A DNA stretch of 61,614 bases, filler included. It is 9 parts of 9 records of this genome, joined end to end, with 100 filler letters (N's around TTAATTAATTAA, not from the genome) between each part and the next. Parts side by side here need not be neighbours in the genome. Positions count along the whole stretch, not along the records: positions 38,672 to 48,975 come from SRR31147125_164535; positions 49,076 to 54,536 come from SRR31147125_164557; 7 more parts are not named here. One strand, given 5' to 3'. Below the pieces are notes generated by a model that searched no databases, was not told the DNA's origin, and saw only the letters and a list, made by a program, of their open reading frames with translations. The translations under genes and the position numbers were made by a program. Positions within the stretch are counted from its first letter, which is position 1. Each line of letters starts with the position of its first letter. Below, in pieces: positions 42,980 to 54,421 of this stretch.

Positions 42980-44065
42980 TTACTGAACAGGTCCCTGTTT
43001 CTGCAGGATGGAGGCGATAAATGCTGCGGCCTGATCGGCACCGTTGATCGGTGCCGGAGTCCTGGTTCGGCTCATCAGAGAGGGCAGCTCATTCAACCAG
43101 TCGCCGCGGACGAAGTGGTGCTGATCGATGCTGGTACCGTTCATCTCCGTTGTCGCGAAACGATCGAGTACTGCGGATTCGGCGAAGTTGTTTCTCGATA
43201 CGGAGCAGATCGGGGTTGCGGTCTGCATACACTCGGCGAGGGTCGAGTAGCCACTCTTGCAGATGACCAGGTCGGCGCAATTGATTAGGTCGGGGTGGTG
43301 CAGGCGGCTGTTGCTGCTCACTAATCGGATGTTGGGTGCGGGAGATTGATCCGCCGGTTGGCCGGCGACCAGGAACAGGTAGTCGTCACAGCCCTTCAGT
43401 TGCTCCATGAAGGGAAAGTCCAGCGGTATTCCCCCCATCGTGATCAGCACAATTTTTCGGCCATCGCCGGCGAACTGATCCCTGAGTTCGGTTCGGGACT
43501 GTATTCCCGTTCGTGCTATCGGTGCGCACCTGAGATCGCATTCCACCGGATTGCACAACGGGTCGGTCTGAATCCTGAAATCCGCTTTTCGGTAGGTATC
43601 CGCAAACAGGTTCGCGAATCGGCCCATCTCCTCCGCCGGCTGTTCCAGGTGTTCGTAGATCCAGTCCCACGTGAAGTTTTCAATGAGTACGGACGGGATC
43701 CGCGCGGCTCTTCCCACCTCGATGCCGAGACCGCTGATGTCACAGATAATCAACGAAGCGGATGCGCACAGTGTGGCGCATTGATCAACGAGGGGTGATC
43801 TGAAGGGCAGCAGTTCCGAGAGTCGGGTTACGGTTTCGGCCTGATCGGTATGGAACGCGTCGGTCTGAATCAGGCCGACGTCGGTGACGACCGGGTGCTG
43901 GGTCAGTGCAAGATCGGCGTACGCGAAGAGTGAAGCAGGAGCCGTGGTGAAGAGTCGGGCGGAGATCCCCGGGAGCTGTCTTTTGAGCGCCTGGAGAACG
44001 GCGATGGTACGGGTTGCATGGCCGAAGCCGTGGGGGGAGATGAAACAGGCCAGTTCGGGGTTCAT
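42980..44065 (-). CDS. GT-B fold glycosyltransferase-like protein (similar to the L-arabinokinase N-terminal domain)
   Basis: ISPHGFGHATR, NFTWDWIY, LITMGG, DLVICKSGYSTLAE. Confidence 0.7.
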   Translation of the reverse strand: MNPELACFISPHGFGHATRTIAVLQALKRQLPGISARLFTTAPASLFAYADLALTQHPVVTDVGLIQTDAFHTDQAETVTRLSELLPFRSPLVDQCATLCASASLIICDISGLGIEVGRAARIPSVLIENFTWDWIYEHLEQPAEEMGRFANLFADTYRKADFRIQTDPLCNPVECDLRCAPIARTGIQSRTELRDQFAGDGRKIVLITMGGIPLDFPFMEQLKGCDDYLFLVAGQPADQSPAPNIRLVSSNSRLHHPDLINCADLVICKSGYSTLAECMQTATPICSVSRNNFAESAVLDRFATTEMNGTSIDQHHFVRGDWLNELPSLMSRTRTPAPINGADQAAAFIASILQKQGPVQ

Positions 44066-44096
44066 GGAAGCGACGATATGCCCGGCGGATTACCCG

Positions 44097-44507
44097 TCAG
44101 TGCAGTTCCCTGCCCGTTGTGCTGGTAGCCAGCTTGCAGTTCCTTACGCCGCGCAGGGACCGCAACCTGTCGGTCAGTTCGTTGACCGAACCGGCTGTGC
44201 CTTTAACGATGACGACCTCCAGGCAGTTGTGGTGGTCCATGTGGATATGGGTCGCCGAAACGATCTGGTGGTGGTAGTCATGCTGAATCTCGGTTACCTT
44301 TTCCTGGAGCTTCGGCTGGTGGTGATCGTAGATCATCGAGATAACTCCGATAACGTCCTTGTCGGCCTGCCACTCCTTTTCGACGAACGAGGAGCGGATC
44401 AGATCCCGGATCGCTTCGGACCGGTTTTCATATTTCTGCTGCTTGATGACCGCATCGAATTTGTCCAGCAGCTTTTCGTCAAGCGATATGGTGAAACGTT
44501 TTAACAT
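44097..44507 (-). CDS. nikR: Nickel-responsive transcriptional regulator
   Basis: RFTISL ribbon, NRSEAIRDLIR, YDHH, HIHMDHHNCLE. Confidence 0.96.
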   Translation of the reverse strand: MLKRFTISLDEKLLDKFDAVIKQQKYENRSEAIRDLIRSSFVEKEWQADKDVIGVISMIYDHHQPKLQEKVTEIQHDYHHQIVSATHIHMDHHNCLEVVIVKGTAGSVNELTDRLRSLRGVRNCKLATSTTGRELH

Positions 44508-44639
44508 GATGTATCCTGGTTGAGGCTGAGTTGGTCGTCATTGATTCTATCAGAGTAGCCTTTGTGGCACTGGCACGTCAACCGGTTTTACCGGCGAAGA
44601 ATTCCACACCTGTTCACCCGATCTTCATCAGAGACTAAG

Positions 44640-45356
44640 ATGGAACCTCCCCCGAACCAAACCGTTTCAATCGAAATCATCGGCTATATCTCGTCGTGTT
44701 TCAAGGAAAAATTTGCAACCCCGAGACAACCGGGGCTGGCTCCGTCTGCCAGGGCCCGGCTCACCCTGGTCGAACCCTTCAATCGGCGGGAAATGATCAG
44801 GGGGCTTGAAACGTTTTCGCACGTCTGGGTCCAGTTTATCTTTCACCAGGTGGTTGCAGACGGGTGGAAAACCACGGTCCGTCCCCCGCGCCTGGGAGGC
44901 AGCGAGCGTAAAGGAGTGTGGGCAACCAGGAGTCCGCATCGCCCGAATCATATCGGCTTGTCTGCGGTAAAACTCGAGGACATCGATGTGCGTAATGGAG
45001 TTGTGTTGATTCTCAGCGGGGTTGACCTGCTCGACGGGACACCGGTGATCGATATCAAGCCCTACCTGCCGATAAGCGATCGCCCGGAAGGCGCGACCGA
45101 AGGCTGGTCCGACAGCGCGTTCGCTGCTCTTCACGTGCGTTTCACTGAAACCGCAGACGACTTCTGCAGGAACTACCGCCGGAGGACGGGGAATGATCTC
45201 GGGAAACTGATCTCGGAAGTGATCCGCACGGATCCACGTCCTGCGTCGCAGCGGGTTACCAGGAAAGAGTTTGGGATGCTGTTGTGGGACGTCAATGTAC
45301 GGTGGAGGATGGAAGATGAGATCGTCTGTCTAGTTGTGGGATGTGAGCAGACCTGA
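44640..45356 (+). CDS. tsaA: tRNA (N6-threonylcarbamoyladenosine(37)-N6)-methyltransferase TrmO
   Basis: EKFATPRQPG, TVRPPRLGG, ATRSPHRPN, DLLDGTPVIDIKPY, DPRP. Confidence 0.93.
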   Translation: MEPPPNQTVSIEIIGYISSCFKEKFATPRQPGLAPSARARLTLVEPFNRREMIRGLETFSHVWVQFIFHQVVADGWKTTVRPPRLGGSERKGVWATRSPHRPNHIGLSAVKLEDIDVRNGVVLILSGVDLLDGTPVIDIKPYLPISDRPEGATEGWSDSAFAALHVRFTETADDFCRNYRRRTGNDLGKLISEVIRTDPRPASQRVTRKEFGMLLWDVNVRWRMEDEIVCLVVGCEQT

Positions 45357-45365
45357 TCGACCGGG

Positions 45366-45941
45366 CTACTCACTTCCGATCACACAGTACACGCGCCCCC
45401 CGATCAGGTACTGGCCGGAGACGACGTCGTAGGTGAGGCTGGACCCCTTGATGTCGGCCTTGTCGGACGTCATTCGCGTGTCTCCGGGGGAGTCGATGAG
45501 CCGCTCATTCTCGTAGTAGTGGAGCAGCTCCGAGTAGAGGTGCTGGTTTTCCGATACGCGGTTGACGACGACGTTTTTGCTGAGGATCAAGTGCCTCGTC
45601 TCAGTGTTGTACAGCCCGGTCTTCGCCTTGATGTTGACGATATCGCCCTGCTCGTCGAACATGTCTGCGTCGACGTTTCCCAGTACGAACTCATTGGGCT
45701 TGTCGCTGGTGAATGCCTGGGAGGCGCGGATCTCCGCCGTCTTTTTGCCCGCCTGGTTCTGTACGATATGCACGGTCTTCATCACAAAATCGTGTTCGTC
45801 TTCAGCGGGAGTCGTTAGCTTGCCCTGCTCTATTCCGCGGGGAGCGAGGAACGAGGCTACCGGTATGCGCCATACCGGAAAGGTGAGAATCATCACGGCC
45901 GGAATCAGCCAGACCAGACTACGTCGATTGATCGTCAACAT
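45366..45941 (-). CDS. lptC: LPS export periplasmic protein LptC
   Basis: Single N-terminal TM plus beta-jellyroll-like region; directly after kdsC. Confidence 0.75.
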   Translation of the reverse strand: MLTINRRSLVWLIPAVMILTFPVWRIPVASFLAPRGIEQGKLTTPAEDEHDFVMKTVHIVQNQAGKKTAEIRASQAFTSDKPNEFVLGNVDADMFDEQGDIVNIKAKTGLYNTETRHLILSKNVVVNRVSENQHLYSELLHYYENERLIDSPGDTRMTSDKADIKGSSLTYDVVSGQYLIGGRVYCVIGSE

Positions 45942-46588
45942 AGAAATTGTTGTACCAGCTCTTCGTACTGCCCCTTCGCGCGGAGAATGAGTTCACAGGT
46001 CTGCCTTACGGCACCACTTCCACCCGCGCGGTCAGAGATATAGTGGCAGGCCTGTTTCACTTCGTCGACGGCGTTGGCCGGACATGCGGCGAGTCCGACC
46101 CGACTCAGCAGGGCGAGGTCTATCAGGTCGTCTCCCATATAACAGACCTGGTAGGGTTTGATACCTGCCTGCCCGGAGATTTCCTTGAATGCTTCGAGCT
46201 TGTTGCGGGCGCCCTGGCAGATGTACTTCATGCCGAGTTCTTCGCCGCGCTTGCGCACCATCTCGGAGGTGCGGGCGGTAATTATTCCAACCTCAACGCC
46301 ACCTTTCTGTGCGAGGCGGATACCGAGTCCGTCCTGGGTGTTGAAGGTTTTCGACTCGACGCCGTTTTCCGAGTAGATCAGCGAGCCGTCTGTCAACACG
46401 CCGTCCACGTCGAGCAGCAGCAGCGCGACCGGTTCCGCTCTGGCGAGCACCAGCTTTTCCTCGTGGCTCGGTTGGTGTTCCATTTTTTCCCGTGCCCGCT
46501 GCCGGTATTGATCGAGGATCTCACAGTCGGACGGGTGACGCTCTTCATTATCGGCGATTCCGGATATGCACTGATCTCTGGTCGTCAT
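45935..46588 (-). CDS. kdsC: KDO 8-phosphate phosphatase (HAD family)
   Basis: LLLDVDGVLTDG, FNTQDGLG, YMGDDLID, GGSGAVR. Confidence 0.93.
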   Translation of the reverse strand: MTTRDQCISGIADNEERHPSDCEILDQYRQRAREKMEHQPSHEEKLVLARAEPVALLLLDVDGVLTDGSLIYSENGVESKTFNTQDGLGIRLAQKGGVEVGIITARTSEMVRKRGEELGMKYICQGARNKLEAFKEISGQAGIKPYQVCYMGDDLIDLALLSRVGLAACPANAVDEVKQACHYISDRAGGSGAVRQTCELILRAKGQYEELVQQFLC

Positions 46589-46600
46589 CGGCGGTCGAAC

Positions 46601-47436
46601 TCAGGCAACAGCCGCCCGGATTGCGACGAGCTGTTTCAGCAAAGATTCTATCTCGTCGAGCGGGAGAGAGTTGGGTCCGTCACAGAGCGCGTTGTCGGGG
46701 TCCGGGTGTACCTCCATGAACAGACCGTCAATACCTGCGCCGACCGCCGCTCGTGACAGCGGTGCAATGAATTCACGCTGTCCTCCGGAAGACCCCCGGC
46801 TCCGCCGGGAAGTTGTACCGAGTGCGTTGCGTCGTAGATGACCGGGCAGTCGAAGCCCCGCAAAACCGGAAACGAACGCATGTCGACCACCAGGTTGTTG
46901 TATCCGAAACTGGCACCGCGCTCCACCAGCATCACCTGACTGGTCCCGCTTTCCCGGATCTTCGATACTGCGTTGACCATATCCCAGGGGGAGACGAACT
47001 GTCCCTTTTTCAGATTAATCGGCTTGCCGGTTCGAGATATTGCCGCCAGCAGGTCGGTCTGGCGACACAGAAATGCCGGGACCTGGATGATATCGAGGAC
47101 TTCTGCTGCGGTCTTCGCCTGGCTCGGCTCATGGATGTCGGAGACAACCGGGACACCCACCTCCTGCCTGATCCTGGCCAGTGACGCAAGTCCTGCATCG
47201 ATCCCGGGGCCCCGGTAGGAGGTAATGGAGGTCCGGTTGGCCTTGTCGAACGAGGCCTTGAACACATAGGATATATTCAGACGTGCACAGATCTCCTGCA
47301 TTGTTGAGGCGACCTGCAGGCCGAGCTCTTCGGACTCGAGCACACAGGGGCCGGCAATCAGCATGAGGGGCTGGCCGGTGCCGACCTGGATGGGATCTTT
47401 GTCGGGGTGGCTGACCGATACGGGGGTGATATTCAT
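46601..47436 (-). CDS. kdsA: KDO 8-phosphate synthase (frameshift at C-run ~46795)
   Basis: [41 protein letters not shown]; the restored tail reads SSGGQREF...FMEVHPDP. Confidence 0.95.
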
Positions 47437-48975
47437 TTACTCTGTTTGTATGTCAGTGCAGCTTTAATGAAATCGCGGAATAACGGGTGCGGCTTCATCG
47501 GTTTTGATTTGAATTCAGGGTGAAACTGGCAGCCGAGGAACCACGGGTGATCTTCGATTTCGACGATTTCAACCAGATTGTTGTCGGGCGACGTACCGGA
47601 GACTTTCAAGCCACTTTTCTCCAGCTGTTCACGGTACTCGTTGTTGAACTCGTAGCGATGCCGGTGCCGCTCAGAAATCTCCTCCGTGCGATAGGCCAGC
47701 TCGGCAAAGGAGTTGGGAGCGAGCACACACGGGTAGGCACCGAGCCTGAGGGTGCCGCCCATGTCCGAGTCTTCGTCACGCATCTGGACTTTGTCGTTGC
47801 GATAATCGTACCACTCCTTGCACAGGTAGATGACCGGATCGGGAGTCTGCGGTTCCAGTTCCGATGAGTGGGCGTCCTTGATTCCGACCACGGACCGACT
47901 GTATTCGACAACTACGAGCTGCATGCCGAGGCAGATTCCGAAGAAGGGAATCTTGTTTTCGCGGGCGTATGTAATGGCAGCGATTTTCCCTTCCGAGCCG
48001 CGCTTGCCGAACCCTCCCGGAACAAGGATGCCGTCGCAGCCCTCAAGCAGTTCCGCGGAATTTCCTCCTTCAAGCTCTTCGGCACTCAGGTAACGCAGCT
48101 CCACTTTGGCGTGGTTGCCGACACCACCGTGAATAAGCGCTTCGTGCAGACTCTTGTAGGATTCGGTCAGGTCCACGTATTTGCCGGTAATCGCGATGGT
48201 AACGGTATGGTGTGGATTCTTTAGGTTGTGGACCAGCTGCTTCCACGGCTCGATGTTAGGTTGACCGGTCCACACATTGAGCAGTTCGAGGATTTTCGTG
48301 TCGAGCCCCTCTGCATGGAAGTGAAGCGGCACCTCGTAAATCGTGTCGACGTCGATGGCGGTGATGACCGCGTCCTGAGGAACGTTGCAGAACAGCGCGA
48401 TCTTCTTCTTGAGATCGGTGCTGAGCGGCACCTCGGTGCGGCAAAGCAGTATGTCCGGCTGAATGCCGTCCGCCCTGAGCTCTTTTACCGAATGCTGCGT
48501 CGGTTTGGTTTTGACCTCGCCTGCCGCTTTGATGTAGGGAACCAGGGTGAGATGGATGAACAGGGAATATTCACTGCCGAGGTCCCCGCGCAGCTGCCGG
48601 ATTGCCTCGACAAAGGGTAACCCCTCGATGTCACCGATGGTGCCGCCGATCTCGATGATGGCGATATCGACGCTGCCGTCGAGCTGGAGTACCGCCGCTT
48701 TTATCTCGTCGGTTACGTGAGGAATTACCTGTACGGTTCCGCCCAGATACTCTCCTCTGCGCTCTTTTGTGATCACCGAGTAATAGATGCGTCCCGACGT
48801 GTAGTTGTTGATCTGGGCCATCACGGCATTGGTGTAGCGCTCGTAATGTCCCATGTCCAGGTCAGTTTCGGCACCGTCGTCGGTCACGTAGACCTCGCCG
48901 TGCTGGAACGGGTTCATCGTGCCGGGGTCGACGTTGATATAGGGATCGAGTTTCTGGAAGGTTACCGTTAACCCC
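47433..48975 (-). CDS. pyrG: CTP synthase (5' truncated)
   Basis: [50 protein letters not shown]. Confidence 0.97.
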
Positions 48976-49075
48976 NNNNNNNNNNNNNNNNNNNNNNNNN
49001 NNNNNNNNNNNNNNNNNNNTTAATTAATTAANNNNNNNNNNNNNNNNNNNNNNNNNNNNNNNNNNNNNNNNNNNN

Positions 49076-49310
49076 CATAGGGAACGCTGAGCATGGCCGT
49101 GGTCAAAGGGTAGGTCACCTGATCCTCCACCACCTGGGGGGCTTGTCCCGGATACTCCGTATAGACAATCACCTGCACGTCGGACAGATCAGGGATGGCA
49201 TCCACGGGGATGCGCATCATGGCAAGAATTCCCGCTGCAATGACAAACAAGGTGGCAAGGATCACCATGAACCGATTGTTGACCGACCACTCAATGATTT
49301 TTTCTATCAT
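49076..49310 (-). CDS. cusA: CusA/CzcA heavy-metal RND permease, N-terminus
   Basis: [14 protein letters not shown]...[33 protein letters not shown]. Confidence 0.92.
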
Positions 49311-49392
49311 ATTTCAACTCCCAAAAAAGAGGATGGTGCCATTGGAATGAACATTTGAATTCATGAAAATATTTGGCTTGGGTGGCTCGGTT

Positions 49393-51105
49393 TTATTCCA
49401 TATCCTTAAAGAAATCGTCGGCAGCGTTTGTTTCTTTTTGCTTCTTTGCCTTGTTCTTCTCTGCTTCATCCATCTCAAAGTCGGCGAAAAAATCCATTTC
49501 ATCAGCAGATTGAGGTTTTTTTTCGGATGGGGCTGATGATGTCTCATCTTTGGATGGATTGGAGAGGGCCATCATTTTTTTGATCACTTCCTGAAGCTTG
49601 GATTCGGAGTCGAGCATGAATTGACCGGAAGTGACCACCTTTTCTCCGGCAACAAGCCCTGTCAGAACTTGAAGGTTACCGTCATCCAGAGGCGCACCCA
49701 AGGTGATCTCCCGGGGGGTGAACTTTCCCTTTCCCTTGGAGACAAAGACCACATTCCGCCGGCCGGAGCGGATCACCGCTTCCGACGGGATCTGCAATCC
49801 CTTTTCAGCAATCAATGTGGAGATCTCCACATCTCCGAACATCTCCGGTTTCAGTTCCAGTCGGGGATTGTCGAACTCCAGACGGATCACCACATCCCGG
49901 GTCTTTTGTTGGAGATAGGGATAGATGAAGGTGACGGTGCCGGTGTATGTTTTTCCGGGAAGATAGGGCAGGGTCATGGTCGCTTGTTGCCCCACCTTCA
50001 CCTGATCCAGTTCATACTCGTAAATATGGGTATCCACCCACACCCGACTGAGATCGGTGATGGTGTAGAGGGTGGTACCGGCTTTGACATATCCTCCCAC
50101 CAGGACGTTCTTGAAGGTGACGACGCCGCTGAAGGGGGATCGCATGGTGAGGGTCTTGCGGGTTCTACCCGATGTTTCAATGGCTTGAATCTCCTCCTGG
50201 GCCACATCGAAATAGAGAAGACGTCGCCGCGCGGAATCCAGGAAGTTCCCGTTTTGAAACCCGATGTTGCCGCTTTCCCGGCGCTTTAGGGTCTGGAACA
50301 GTGAGAGATACTCCTCCTGGGCAGCCAGAAGTTCCGGGGAGTAGATCTCCAAAAGAGCTTCCCCTTTGGTCACCCGGACGCCGGTGAAATTGACGTGGAG
50401 TTTTTCGACCCAGCCGCTTACCTTGGGACTCACCTGGGCCGTGCGGGTCTCATCATAGGTGATGTGCCCGTAGGTGCGGATGGTGCTTTTAAGCGTTCCC
50501 ATTGCCACCGGCTCCATCCGAAGGCCCATGTTCTGCTCCGTCACGGGATCGATGCTCACATCCACACCGCTCACCAGTTCATTTTCATATACCGGTACCA
50601 GATCCATGCCCATTTTGCTTTTTCCCGGTCGTTCGTAAATTTCAGTGGGATCCATGGGCGCTTTCCAGTAGACAATGGTTCGCTCCTTTTCCCCGTCATC
50701 TCCGGATGCCGAACGGTTGGTGCTCTCCGGTTTTGGGGTCAGGTCCATGTTGCAGATGGGGCAAAGTCCCGGTTTCTCGGTAATGACCCAGGGGTGCATC
50801 CCGCAGGTCCAAAGCTGGGTGCTATCGGCAGCTTGAGAGAGATCCGCATCAGAGGGGTGATCATGGCCGTCCCCCTCTCCATGGGATGACGCATGGGGTG
50901 AGCCATGGGACGCTGAAGATGAGAGTGCCGACGATGATCTCCCTGTGGGCATTGAAAGCAATCCGGTTAAATACAACATCGTCACGCATCCCAACGCCGT
51001 AACAAGTGCTGTGATGAGCAGCGCTTTGGCAGATGTTTTGGCTTGCGGACTTACAGGGTTGCGATTTTTGCTGTCTTTATCTGTTTCCGGATTCATATGA
51101 TTCAT
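49393..51105 (-). CDS. cusB: CusB-type RND periplasmic adaptor with His-rich linker and heavy-metal-binding domains
   Basis: HGSPHASSHGEGDGHDH, WTCGMHP...CPICNMDL, YWKAPMDP...PGKSKMGMDLVP, YSPELLAAQEEY, LKPEMFG, SGQFMLDSES. Confidence 0.9.
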   Translation of the reverse strand: MNHMNPETDKDSKNRNPVSPQAKTSAKALLITALVTALGCVTMLYLTGLLSMPTGRSSSALSSSASHGSPHASSHGEGDGHDHPSDADLSQAADSTQLWTCGMHPWVITEKPGLCPICNMDLTPKPESTNRSASGDDGEKERTIVYWKAPMDPTEIYERPGKSKMGMDLVPVYENELVSGVDVSIDPVTEQNMGLRMEPVAMGTLKSTIRTYGHITYDETRTAQVSPKVSGWVEKLHVNFTGVRVTKGEALLEIYSPELLAAQEEYLSLFQTLKRRESGNIGFQNGNFLDSARRRLLYFDVAQEEIQAIETSGRTRKTLTMRSPFSGVVTFKNVLVGGYVKAGTTLYTITDLSRVWVDTHIYEYELDQVKVGQQATMTLPYLPGKTYTGTVTFIYPYLQQKTRDVVIRLEFDNPRLELKPEMFGDVEISTLIAEKGLQIPSEAVIRSGRRNVVFVSKGKGKFTPREITLGAPLDDGNLQVLTGLVAGEKVVTSGQFMLDSESKLQEVIKKMMALSNPSKDETSSAPSEKKPQSADEMDFFADFEMDEAEKNKAKKQKETNAADDFFKDME

Positions 51106-51250
51106 AAGTCATACTCCAAAATGAGCCTCTCCCCTTTGGTCCCTATCTAAAAAGACGGAAGGAAAAGGCTCTTAGGATTCAAGCAACCGGGGACGGATTT
51201 GAAATTGCTCCCCACTGCAGGTAAATGGACAATTGGGTTTAGAGGAATTC

Positions 51251-52910
51251 TTAAAAAGATGAGACCCCTATGATCTGTTCCAACTCCGCCCTTGCGATGC
51301 CGATATCACGCAGTGCATAGGCATGGGCCAGACGCGCCTGGAGCCACGAAGAGTATGAAGCGGTCACCTCGGCAAAGGAGAGACGACCGGACTCATATTC
51401 CCGGCTGGAGACCTCCAGCGCCTTGGATGAGAGGGGTACAATCTCATCCCCATATATGCGAGCCCTTCGAATGGCTCTATCGAGATTGGCCCATGCACTT
51501 CTGACCATTTTTCGGGTTTGCGCCTCTCTGTTTTCCAAGGTGTGACCCAGGGATATCAGTTTCTGCCGGGTCTGATCCAACCACGGAAGCATCGTTCCCA
51601 GCCACGGCTTCACCGGCGTTCCTGCACCCATGGATGCAGGCAGGGTTGTGGCAAATCCCGGTTTCATGGCAGATGAGCCCACCTGAGTTACGGCATGGTC
51701 GTCAAATCGGGAAAAACCGGCATCCAAATCCGGAAGGATCATGGTGTTTGCCATTTTCAGCATCCGTTCCATTTTCCCGATCATGGCCCGGGTCTTGATG
51801 AGTTCCTGTCGGTTTTCCATGGCCAGGTCATAGAGAGGAGACAGTTGCGGTAGCCTCCTTGAAGGCGTTGCCGGGCGTACCCTTGCCATGATGATGTCCG
51901 GCGGAAGATCCATGAGAGAGAGCATGGCTGTTTGAACTGTGCGGCGATTTTCATGGATGGAGACAAGGCGCTCTTCCAGAAGATTCAGCTTGATGGTGAG
52001 TTTAATCACATCCTGGAAACTGGTCTTTCCGGACCGATAGAGACTGTCAGCCACATGGTGCAGTTTTTTCAAAAGAGTCAGGGTTTCCCGGGTAATGATG
52101 GCGGCACTCTCAAGATAAACGCTTTGACGATACGCTTTTCGCATGGCAATGACGGCATCCCGCTGGGCAATGGCAAGATCGGCAAGGGCCATTTTGACCG
52201 ATTGGGCGGTGGCTTGCCCTTTTAGTGCCGTCAGTCCCGGAAACGGAAACAGGCTCTTTACCGCTTCCCGGCCTTTCATGGGACCTACGTCGTTCATCAA
52301 CGATTCCGTGAACGCGGAATAACGGATGAGAATTCTGTCCAGGTTTTTCACCTGGGAAAATCCGGTTTTTTCCGAAGTCACTTTTTTTAGCTGCCAGAAT
52401 ACCGGGATTTCTCTTAAAGACAATGGCTTCCAGAAGCGGCAACGTCGGTGACGTTTTCAGAAGACGGACGGTTGTTCCAATGGAGGCGTTGTCCCGCCCG
52501 GCAATATGACTTACCCGTTTTTCCAGCTCCGGGGAAAGAGTGATAAATTGGGGAAAAAAAGGTTTTGAATCCGGGACGCTCTTTGTCAACGCTGTTGTGT
52601 CTTCTTCAGAGTTCGGATCGGGGGCGGCTTTGATTGGGCCCGGCATATCGGTCCTTTGGCCGGTGGGGTCGGTGGCGATAGAGAGAAAGGGAGATGGCGG
52701 GCGGTAGTTCTCCATGTCCTGCGTCAACGTTTTGTAGTCTCCCGTTGCCGTGGCTGGGTGGATGAGCATCAGGATCAATGCGACTCCCAACAGCAAAACA
52801 AGTGTAGTGATCAAAGTAATTACGTACCGGTTGCCATTGTTTTGACGGGGGAGTGGATAGGCAATGGCAATGATGTGGTCTCTATCTCTTTTTACGCTTC
52901 TGCGGTGCAT
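51251..52910 (-). CDS. TolC-family outer-membrane efflux protein 2 (frameshift at T7 ~52382-52388)
   Basis: Two ORF pieces join at AAKKKVTSEK; OEP-type helices, FPFPG, YRSGKTSFQDV, YESGRLSFAEV. Confidence 0.8.
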
Positions 52911-52911
52911 A

Positions 52912-54351
52912 TCACTGCCCTCCTGTGTTGTTTGTTTCGGAGGGGCTTGCTTTAGATGAATTGCATTGACCATCCAAAGGCTGTCCAATGAGGGGATGAA
53001 GCAGGGCCAGGCTTTTTCCGTAGTCTGCTTTGGCCCTGGCAAGGGAGAGCTGAAAATTGTAGACCGACGCCTGAACCTCCACAAAGTCGGAAAACGACCC
53101 TTCCCCCTCTTGAAACCAGGTGGCGGCCAGATTCATGGATTCCAGTGCCTGGGGCAACAGCTCCTTCGAGTAGAGGGAGATCAAGCGGCCGGCATTGGTC
53201 AATTTAAAATGAAGTGTGTGAATTTGGGTTCGGACGCTGTTGACGGTTTTTTCCACGGCCGCTTGGTTCTGCACCACTCGGGACGCTGCCTGGGCGATTT
53301 TTGAGCGGTTTTTCCGGGACCAGATGGGAAGGGTGACACCAAATTGAACCCCCAAGGCATCGTCTCCTGCATCTGCCGGCGGCATGGCCACGTCCGGATC
53401 TCCGATGGCTGCGTAAAAAATTCCCACCTTGAAATCGGGGTGTCGGCTGTAATGGGCCAAATCCACGCCTGTTTTTGCTTTTTCCATCCCCAGACGGGAG
53501 ATGAGGATCTCTTCCTGGGTGTTGTCTGCCATCCCATAGAGCGCTTCCAATGAACAGAGGCGTTCCGGTTGCGGCAGCAGCGGTGGTGTCAGCACACCGA
53601 TGACTGCTTGGGGCGGGCGATTGAGAAGGCCGTTGAGGGTGGTTGTCTCCGTGCGCTCCAGCTCTTCCAGGAGCATCAGATCATACTGAATTTGCCCCAT
53701 TTTCGATTGAGCGTTGAGGACATCGATAAACGCGGTACGGCTCTTTTCATCCGCATGATCCGTCTCTGCCATCCTCCTGAATTGATCCAGGATAGCGGCA
53801 CTCTTTCGGGTGATCCCTATGGCCGTCCGAATGTAGAAAAGCTCATGAAAGGAGGCCGCCACCTTGGCCGCCACCTGCCGTGCTGCAGCATCGGTTTTAA
53901 GCTTTGCCACAGCCGCCTCAATCTCCACCAGTCTTCCTGATATGGCCCGCTTTCCCGGGAAGGGAATCATCTGGGAGAGGGTGGCATTCCACTCCTGGGG
54001 GCCTAATCGGGTTTCAATGGGAGCCGGAAAATAGGTGACCATGAATTGCGGCTCCGGAAGAGAGACGGCAATGGGATACTGTTCGACAATGCGTTGCCAC
54101 TTCTGCCGTGCGATTTTTATTGTGGGGTTGTGCTCCATGGCATACGCTGTCAGTTGTATCAGGCTTGTTTCATCGGTAAAACGTTCACCTGGGGGTTTTA
54201 TCATCCGGTCTTGGTCTTGAGTGAGAGCGACAGAATCGATATTGGACGTCTTTGCAGGTAAACTGCCTGATAGAGTCAATACAATGCCCATGAAAGTATA
54301 CGGAATATATTTTGTAAAGGCAGTCTTTAAAAATTTCGGTGTCTGTTTCAT
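52912..54351 (-). CDS. TolC-family outer-membrane efflux protein 1
   Basis: AMEHNP, LPEP, SQMIPFPGKR, GVTLPIW, FQEGEGSFSDFV. Confidence 0.88.
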   Translation of the reverse strand: MKQTPKFLKTAFTKYIPYTFMGIVLTLSGSLPAKTSNIDSVALTQDQDRMIKPPGERFTDETSLIQLTAYAMEHNPTIKIARQKWQRIVEQYPIAVSLPEPQFMVTYFPAPIETRLGPQEWNATLSQMIPFPGKRAISGRLVEIEAAVAKLKTDAAARQVAAKVAASFHELFYIRTAIGITRKSAAILDQFRRMAETDHADEKSRTAFIDVLNAQSKMGQIQYDLMLLEELERTETTTLNGLLNRPPQAVIGVLTPPLLPQPERLCSLEALYGMADNTQEEILISRLGMEKAKTGVDLAHYSRHPDFKVGIFYAAIGDPDVAMPPADAGDDALGVQFGVTLPIWSRKNRSKIAQAASRVVQNQAAVEKTVNSVRTQIHTLHFKLTNAGRLISLYSKELLPQALESMNLAATWFQEGEGSFSDFVEVQASVYNFQLSLARAKADYGKSLALLHPLIGQPLDGQCNSSKASPSETNNTGGQ

Positions 54352-54421
54352 GATCGCTTCTTTGTGTTATAAAGTTAGCGCACCAGTTGACGCTCAATTT
54401 GGCAACGCGGTTAACAAAATC

